Assembly (NCBI GenBank): GCA_951406725.2
Contig: OX597819.1
Span: 63,798,001 to 63,862,000, forward strand
DNA from: Octopus vulgaris
Taxonomy: Eukaryota
Direction: 5' to 3'
DNA: 64,000 bases
The position numbers were made by a program, and so were the translations under genes. Positions 54,287 through 64,000 of the stretch are shown here, piece after piece (the stretch's first letter is position 1; each line of letters starts with the position of its first letter). The notes under the pieces are model-generated. The model did not search any database. It was not told the DNA's origin and was given only the letters and a program-made list of their open reading frames with translations.

Positions 54287-54822
54287 TAATTTCTCTTTAT
54301 ATTCATATGCATCAGCATGTATTCATATAATCCGGCTATGTTTCTGGGATACGAATGCAAACTGTGAGCACTTCCAACTATTACTCAACTCTGACCAAAT
54401 ATCTTTTCATAAATTCATCTATGATTGCAAAAAAGTATCAACCTACGTGCTGCCGGGTAGATACCATTTTCACCGCGATAATAATTGTGTTTTCGATATG
54501 GGATTTATCGCGCTTTTGCTTTTACTGTCTTCAAATTCTAGTTTTGATATAATCTATAGAAACATTATATTTATTGTATAACGATAATGCATTTTACCTT
54601 GACGTCAAACTATATACCCCAGCTTTACATAAGTAATTTATGATTTCAATTGCTGAAGAAATTACTACACACCTAATGTAATCTCGAACTGCGGTATATA
54701 GAATTTTGTACGTTAGACTATTTGTAATAACTTATTATATGACAAGAAGACAAGATAAATATCCGTTGTGAAATGGAATAGTAAATATATACATTTAAAT
54801 ACATTTCTGTGTCTATGTACAT

Positions 54823-54870
<48 letters not shown>

Positions 54871-54999
54871 ACACAGACACACACAAACTCACACACCACA
54901 CACACACACACAAAGAAGTACATAAGCACATATATATATACTTACTCTTACACATATGTCAATAGATACATATATATATATACGTATAGAAATATAGAA

Positions 55000-55060
<61 letters not shown>

Positions 55061-55389
55061 GATAGTTATAGATATAGGTATTGGTATCACATATAAGTAT
55101 GTATATTTGCATTCATGCATTCATGCATACATACGTGTATATGTTTGTGCGCGTGCATATATGCATGATTGTAATAAGCGACGTAGACAAGATGTTTGGA
55201 AGGAAGGTGTGAGACGAAAAAATATAGGAAACTGGAAATGATGTACAATACAAAAATTTACACTCAGGATCTGCTTACTGACTTTTGAATCACCATTCCA
55301 TAGAAGCAGTACGGAAAGATTGGCGCCACTTCTAAATTTTCCTGCGGTCTTCACGGGAGGTGATGGAGAATCTACAGAGGGAATGTTGG

Positions 55390-56012
55390 GTTTAGATTTT
55401 GGGACAAGCCCAATAATTGCAGGGGTTGGGTTCTAGTCGAATATATCGACCACAGTACTCAATTGGTATTCATTTTACCGACCTAGAATTATGAAGGTAA
55501 ATTTGATGTCGTACGTTAAACATTGCGGCGAATTGATAGAATCGTTTGCACGCCGGTCAAAGTGTTTAGCAGCACTTCGTCCATCTTTAGGCTCTGAGTT
55601 CAAATCCTTGAAGGTTGACTTTGCTTTTCAATTTTTCGGGGTCGAAAAGCCCCAGTTGAACACAGGCCTTGATATAAACTACTTAGAGAAAAACTCCAAA
55701 ATCCTTGGTCTCATGACAAAATTTGAGCTGCTAGATTAGTCAGTATGCCGAGCAAAATGCTTAGCGGCATTTCGTCCTTTTTTCAGACCTAGCTTTAAAT
55801 TCCGCCGAGCCTGACGTAGCCTTTCTTCATTTTGGCTTCGATAAACTAAATACCAGTCGAGTACTGGAGTCGATATACCTACGTTACCCCGCTTCCCGAA
55901 ATTGCTGGCCTTGTGGTAAAATTTGAAACTAAAATTACATAAGTGCTTAAAGCATTGTGGTGGCGAAATCATCAAAAAGCCTCACAAAGACCTCAGTGGC
56001 ATTTCGTCCGAT
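55390..56012. mobile_element. Cluster of four SINE family A copies (one minus, three tandem plus)
   Basis: 55390-55500 (-), 55525-55730 (+), 55735-55925 (+) and 55955-56012 (+, head only) share family A motifs. Confidence 0.75.
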
Positions 56013-56034
56013 ATATATATATATATATATACCC

Positions 56035-56700
56035 AGGTGTATTCCCTAGTTTGTAGGATTGGGTAGCCACAAGTCAAACACCAGGCATTCCGTTCATTTC
56101 CCAGTTCAAAGAGTCGAGTCGCGTTTTATGATAGTGTCAAGCTATAGAACGTAACCCCTAATATCAGCAGCGGAGCTCGACTGCATATGCTGCTTTACGC
56201 CCAGCCTTATCTCTAACTCCAACACCTCTAACCACCAAAGCTTTCCTCACTTCATCCATCCACCTATACAGAGATCTGCCTCTTTTTCTGCTGCCTACCA
56301 TTTCTGCCTTCATACCCCTCCATCCTATCCGATTCTCATCCATCTTCTCCATGTGGCCAAACTACTTCAACTTTCGTCTATCCATTTTGGTAGTTAGTTT
56401 TTCTCTTGTTCTTACTCGCCTTCGCATTTCCTCATTCCTCCTCCTGTCCACCCGTTTTCCACCGACCGGAACCCTCAGACATCTCATCTCAAACACATCT
56501 AGTCACCTCCCTTCCGTCTCTGTCAGCCTCTACGTCTCTACACAAGATAACATTGTCGGCACAATCACGCCCTCTTTCAGACCTCTTTAGGCTTGCATAT
56601 TCAACCATTCATCTCTCAGCATACCTTTCACAACTCCAATTATCGTCCTCCCCTTCCTCCCACTGTATCCCACTCCTCAGCCAATAACCCATCTGCCGTC
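56035..56700 (-). mobile_element. RTE-clade LINE 3' end
   Basis: GVIVPTMLSCVET, VFEMRCLR..., DRRRNEEMRRR, KLK*FGHMEKMDENR..., GSRKRGRSLYRWMDEVRK. Confidence 0.85.
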
Positions 56701-57637
56701 ACATGTGATTTCATATAGAATAATAGACAATTTAATAGAATAATACCAGTTATGTTCTGATGTGAATGTAATCGACTAACAACCTCACCCCGACGCTCAG
56801 GCGTTGTGCCTATAGGAGAAAAATATAACATACATAGCATATATATGTTTAATATCTCGTGCACAAATAAGCTGGAACATTCCAGCGAAGGTGTCTCGGG
56901 TTTGGAAGTCAAAATTAATAATTGTTACAAGTGTCGTTACATTGTCTGCATGCATATGTTAATTCTAGAGTATAAATTATATCAAGCACGTTTTGTTAAT
57001 AGTATCGTAGCACTGAAGGAAGAGACCTGCAACAACAACCAGACGAAACTCTTTTAAATGTAACAAAAGATATATAGATAAATAGACGCATGAACATGTG
57101 AAACAGGGAACGGTGACGCCTTCTCAAATTTCTTTATCTAATAAGGCTTCTAAAAGTGCACATATCTGCAAATGTTATCTATATCGAATCATCAAAAGAA
57201 TATATTCTGTGTTGTTTCATCTTCTACAGTATGAGGCTAAAACACAAATCTGTGTATCTTATTTAGAACAGATGCATCATTGAAAACCTGCGTTATTTGT
57301 CCCTATATAATCTGTCTTATTGAAGTGTTGCAGAACAAAGACGTATATCCATCGCAGAGAATAATCATTTAACAACGTTTAACTACTGTGCATTTCCGCC
57401 TTCTTCTGCTTCGTCAGAAGCAAGTATTGACTGTGAAATGCATAATAAAAAAAAAATGAGCCACTACTGATATGGTAAAAGATTGCTAATGTCCTTGAGA
57501 GAAATGGAGAATTAAACACTCTCCGAAGGACTAGACGATTATTATTGCAATGACTGTTTCCGTTTCAGTGAGAGGAAGTCTGAACGGATGGTAAGAAATA
57601 CTATCAAAAACACTGCCAGTTGCAGTACTAACAGAAG

Positions 57638-57689
<52 letters not shown>

Positions 57690-58169
57690 ATAAGCAACAG
57701 ATTTTCTGTTGATTCCTCTTTAGTTATTGCAGATATATTAGAAGAGAGAACACTCGAAGTAGCAATATGATTATTTGATGAATTATGTCGATCACTTATT
57801 GCGAGAAAGGGGAACGCAGCAGACCAAACTTCCGGCAATATTCCATTTTGCAGATTATCTGTTCTACATAGTAAATGTTATATTGTGAAACATCAGCTAG
57901 AATTATATCAGTAATATGAATTTGTTCTTTAATCCACTGGAGATAGTGAGAAAACGTGATTTCAGAATATTAGTCACACAGATATGAGAATGATGATATA
58001 TATTCGTAAAAAAGTCAGGATTTTTTTCGTATTTTTTTACTTGGAAATTTACTATCGCAATTGTAAACTATATTTTCGTATTTTTCAAAGATTTGAGGAG
58101 ACAAATTCATCCACTACAATGTGGGCATGGACGCACACGCACCCACACATATACACACATACACACATG

Positions 58170-58238
<69 letters not shown>

Positions 58239-58323
58239 GTATAGAGATGCATAAACATGTATACATACATACACGCATAAGCATGTTCATACAACAGGTA
58301 TATTTTTGTGTGTGTGTATACAT

Positions 58324-58403
<80 letters not shown>

Positions 58404-60242
58404 TGTCTCATTTTTATTTTGATAAAAAGTGGTTAGTAAACTAAAATACTTGATATTTTTTACACTCTGAAATTAGTTACCAAAAACTTACTGATGGAGT
58501 ATCTAAAAACTTATTCAATTAAAAGAGTTATCTTTCAACATCAAACACCCACATAAAATTATTTTCTGAATTCAGTCAATGCTAAATGGAAGCTGTATCA
58601 CGGATCAGTTTAAGTATGAGACGAAATGCATTATAATATAAACAGAAATCGCAATATGTTATAGTACAATTAATCTGAAAATCTTCAAGTCAGCAGATAG
58701 ACCGTTAGAAACTCAGGAATGTTTTCTATAAATACATTTCCGAACATAACAAACACCTTACAAGTTTCAGAAATAACAATATCATTGTAACTTTGCTGAC
58801 AATTTGTCTAATACCGACTACGCTAACTTTATATTTCGAGCTATTTCTAAATCTCATTCAATCAAACAATAGTATAAAGACCGCTTTATATTCTTTAAAT
58901 TATAAATGTTTGAAACGCACTATTGTTTATTGGAATTCCGAGTCACACATAAATATAACGATTACTGAAGAATGAAACACTTTATCAGAAAGCACTTAAG
59001 TCTAATGTGTAGCTTAAAATAGGTAAACAATGAAATTTTTGCCCAATACTGCAGACGATACTTAATCGAAGTTTATTTGATACTGGAAAAGTAATAACAA
59101 ATCTTGATACGAAACCATATGATGAAAGCTATATATTTGAATTTCCCACTTTGAAACTTTAAACTGTAAACCATGTGATAGTACTCGATATTTTTAATAC
59201 GAAAAAAAAAAAGACAAAAGATAATATTCAAAATTAAAAGAAAGAAAATCTATTGTTTGACCAAGAATCTTTAATTTATAAAAAAAATTAAGTAATTTAC
59301 TGTTAATTAATTGCGCTTTTTACCTGATAAAACGGCAGCAGATGTATTTTAATTTTGAAAATAATTATATACGATATTTTACCATTGTAAATTTCAAAGA
59401 TTTCCCGAACTGTTATATTATTATCATCCCTTCTTTCTCTTGTTCTTTCTGACACTATTCTGATTCGACTGTAAAATATTACATCTGATATCCTATACAA
59501 AAAGTATGAAAAAATAATATATCCCGCTTTAAATGTAATTTCGTGTTTCAATGTCATTATCAAAGATTTTGAAAAAATATTTATATATACAAAACATTAA
59601 GACCGTTTTTAATATTTCTCTACTTTGTACACATGCCAATGGAGTTTGTATTTAGTTTTCCGCTCCTTCTTTTCAACTATTTATGTTGATATACATGAAA
59701 GTTTAGTCAACGTAATCTCAAGGATTTCCATTCAAATCGTATATTAAATTTGAACATTGCGTGAGATTTCACGCTTCTATGCATTTAAAGTTGATCGAAA
59801 AGGAATTCTTTTTATCAATAAACCAGTAGAGAAACAATGTGAAAAATGTGTTAGTTTAATAAAGTTTTGTGATTTATTATATATCGAATATACATCATGT
59901 GTATGTACCTGAAAAAAAAACCCAACAAATATTGTGGATACGTGATTGCAGGTGTTTTCAGATCAGACAAAAAGATAGTATACAAAACACAACAGAGTTA
60001 TATTAAATGAAATAGACATTGAATGTGTGTGTGAGTTTGTTAGGTATCTTTAGAAACGACGCAACGTTAAGCTTTCTATTTACATAAAAGAAGATTCTAA
60101 GGTTTCTTACGATTGTAAAAGTGATAGATCTATGGTTGATTTTAAAAGGAATCCAATATTTGGTCAGCTGAATAAACATCTTGTTGTAAACCATCAACAA
60201 TACTTTCCTCACTCTGTCGGCTTGCAATTTATATATATATAT

Positions 60243-60350
<108 letters not shown>

Positions 60351-60377
60351 CGGACTGTGCAAATAGTGGTACCTATG

Positions 60378-60466
<89 letters not shown>

Positions 60467-60961
60467 CAAATTGCAGAGAAATAAATAGACGTAAAGAAAA
60501 ACTAGGCTGACAGTGAAACTAAGTTGTACCAATACAGTGAATAAAACAAAACGACCGAAAAATATAGCTATATATAATTTTCAATTAAATACCGTTGTCA
60601 CAGAGAGTTGCGCCTTTTTTTTTTTTTCTGTAGAAAAAGGAAACACGGTAGCGCGTGGGCGGGAATAAAACGTGTGGCGAAATGTTCGTATACCAAACTT
60701 TGATAACGTTTTTTTTATCTACGAATATTTAAAAATATACTGCTGATATATGTATATTAAGAGTGAATTAGTTATAAATGTATATTTGTATACATACAGT
60801 CACAGATATACAAACATACAGGCACACATGTATATGCATACATTCATACATATATAGGTGTACCTATATACCTAAATAGTTACATATATATAATATATAT
60901 ATATATGTATATATGTATGTATACATGTATGTATATATGTATGTACAGATGTATCTATGTA

Positions 60962-61002
<41 letters not shown>

Positions 61003-61044
61003 ATGTATACATATATACATAGTTAAATCTGTACATACATACAC

Positions 61045-61075
<31 letters not shown>

Positions 61076-61086
61076 TATATATGTAT

Positions 61087-61141
<55 letters not shown>

Positions 61142-61603
61142 TATATACATATAGTGAGAAAGAAAGGAAAGAGAAATTGAGAGAGAAACATAGAGTGATG
61201 TATGTTCTCTACTACTGCTACAGCAGAGTATACATTTACATTAGAGAATACACACCAAAGGCTAAATATATTATATTAAATATATTTTAGTTTGAAATAG
61301 TTTTGAATGTTTTCTAAACTTACAAGACGGAGTTCAAATGTTAGCCATATATATGCAGAAAAACATAACTATTTTGGGAAAACATTCAAATGATACGTTA
61401 TTCGTTTTATAAAATGATCATTTCAAAGGAGATGAAAATGATATTAGTTCGACATTAATAACTAGATTTGTGTTAACGTCGCCTTTACATTTATATGGAT
61501 GTAGGCATACATGTAAGTTTGTATGGGTGTGTATATATCGAAATGTATATATATACAGATGTGTGCATATGTACATACAATAGGTAGTTTCATGCTTACA
61601 ATA

Positions 61604-61661
<58 letters not shown>

Positions 61662-61764
61662 TTAACAAGGGAATAATGCAAATAATACAAACATATATAT
61701 ATATATATGTAGATAGACAGACAGACAGATAGATAGATAGATAATGATAATGATATATATATAA

Positions 61765-61820
<56 letters not shown>

Positions 61821-62334
61821 ACATATATTTACATACACATTCTTACAGCTATCTAAGTCATCGATCTAAGATTCTAATCTATGTATCTACCAGTGCATGT
61901 AGATCTATGTTTATATCTAATACACAATTACAAATACACATATGTACACATGCATATATATATATATTTATATACATACACACACAAGCACACACATATT
62001 TATGCAGATGTAGATATATATATATATATATAGAACGTAGGCAGTTTTGTGCAATATAAAACCAAAAAGGAATATTCAGTCGTCTGTAATTGAGTCTGAA
62101 TTTGCTCAGTAGCAACTCTGTTGTTAGAAATAAGAGTTAATATCCTTAGAACTGCATGGAAGCACAGTCATAGATTCACTGGACTAGCTTAGTGTCGTCT
62201 GTAAAATTTTAGATTCTTCAACAGTGACTACTCAGTTGCTGAATGGCTTAGATAAATACTCACTACCAGTAAATATTTTTACAATATGAAATTACGACTG
62301 AGGGAAATGCTAGTGTAGAAATTACATATATATA

Positions 62335-62480
62335 TATTTTTTATTTTCTCTCCTTGTTTCTTTCTGCGTTCCTTTCTGTGGAAGAGCGTAGGCTCGAAAC
62401 GTAGAAGACTTTCACTTCCTGAACGCTAAACTAATACATCTGTTTGCTGTCTACACCACCTGTCTTGTGAATTCTCCCCA
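62335..62480 (+). mobile_element. PLE-like terminal module family 5 with HHR-like motif at 62372-62407
   Basis: ctttctgtggaagagcgtaggctcgaaacgtagaag...ctaatacatctgttt...ctacaccacct; bounded by TA repeats. Confidence 0.65.
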
Positions 62481-62524
62481 ATATATATAAGTATATATGT
62501 ATACTTATATATATGCAACACTAC

Positions 62525-62587
<63 letters not shown>

Positions 62588-64000
62588 CACAGCAACTAAT
62601 TTCATGTTTAATAGATAAATTGAATAAATAAACTTTAAAAAAATATCAATTTAATTAAAATTTTTTATATTACAACCATCGGAATTATACACCCATTTTG
62701 GGAGAAAATAACGAATAACTTGAAATATATTTACCATTATTCATCCATAGGTATTCGTAAATTACGCTATTCAAATAGTTTTCAAAATTGTTAGAGAGAA
62801 AGAAAAGTCATGGCTTTTCGTTCACCATTCAACATGCAACTAGACTTGCCGTGGACGTGGGCGGCATATTACATATATATATATATACACGCACATAAGA
62901 GAGAAGGAAAGAGAGCCACTTTGAGAGAGAGAGAGAGAGTGAGTGAGTGAGAGAGGGCTAAAATCGAAGAACCACTGTGTATAGAGAATCATTTCCTTAG
63001 ATTAAACAGAAATACTACCCTAGAATCTGAGTTAATGAGAATAAGAAGCAACATGAAAGATCGAGAAAACTTCAAAAATATGAAACCTGAAAGTCTTTTG
63101 TGCGGAGGCGTAGTTTTAAAAATTTATTAGTTGTATGAATTTCTACATTTTTAAACTGCAACAGCGACACTGCGAACGACCTCATTGACAGAGAGATTAT
63201 GATATTCGGACAAACCTTTGGGAAGATCACGCTTAAAAAAGTATCGGACAATAACTGAAAGCATTTTTTGCAAAATATGCAGTAGGGTCTTCAATAACCT
63301 GAAATGTCGGTTCCGGCATGTGTTCATCCCCATACAGAATGCAGTAAAGTGAAGCATCCTGAGTAAATAATCTCTCGTAAGAATTCATTGAACTAACACT
63401 TCCTTAGTAAAGCGTCTTTTTATTTTTTTTCGCAATGATCATTTACATTTGCGATGTTCATGAAGCCGTTACATATCTGTATAAATCTACCGCAATCATT
63501 ATATCTGTACATGATGTCTCGTCGGATGCATCGTATCGTACATCCAGCTTAGGATCTGATCATAGATCTGGCTATTTCATAACCACCATTTTGTTTTTCC
63601 AGGAAACTGATTTAAAGTTGTAGTAACGAGTACAATAAACTATATTACATTCAAAATCTGTAATTACCAAGTTAATAGGGAAATTTTCATCAGTAAATAA
63701 ACATGAACTATTTTATTTTGAAGACCTAGCAGACAGACAATAAAGCAAGATCCACATAAGTAGTAGAACCCCTTTAAATAATTCCGATACCAATTCGACT
63801 TCGTATATTTCTGTGTGACTGACCTAGAAGCCGCCTTCGAGTGGCATCCGGGCTGGCTCCTGAGGAGGGTACATTGAGGACTTCAGCCCTGCTACAAGGC
63901 TCTTTCGCAGCCCCCTACCTTTGTGTAAGGAAACTTATATCAGCAAATGTGTTAATCATTGATGCTGATCAATAAGCGTAGGAGCGAGGTAAATGCGGTA

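Overview
AT-rich eukaryotic intergenic/intronic DNA packed with microsatellites ((TA)n, (CA)n, (TATG)n, (CTAT)n, (AAT)n, (TTC)n, (GAT)n, (CTA)n). The repeat families resemble those of octopus (cephalopod) genomes; this is an inference. I see no intact protein-coding gene, rRNA, true tRNA or CRISPR array, and nearly all ORFs in the track are translated microsatellites. Recognisable content is decayed mobile DNA: three tRNA-derived SINE families, Tigger/pogo, mariner, maT-type and Tc1 transposase relics, a cluster of R4/Dong-like RLE retrotransposon fragments in triplet repeats, CR1-like and RTE-like LINE fragments, and Penelope-like elements (PLEs). One likely pseudo-exon lies at ~41.8-42.2 kb. 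The most notable signal is a set of short PLE-like terminal modules, from about five sequence families, inserted at (TA)n. They carry type-I hammerhead ribozyme (HHR) motifs, two families with unusually long stem II. They recur as head-to-head fold-back palindromes, some of which copy flanking host DNA or contain a locally templated insert. Coordinates and identities were read by eye and are approximate.
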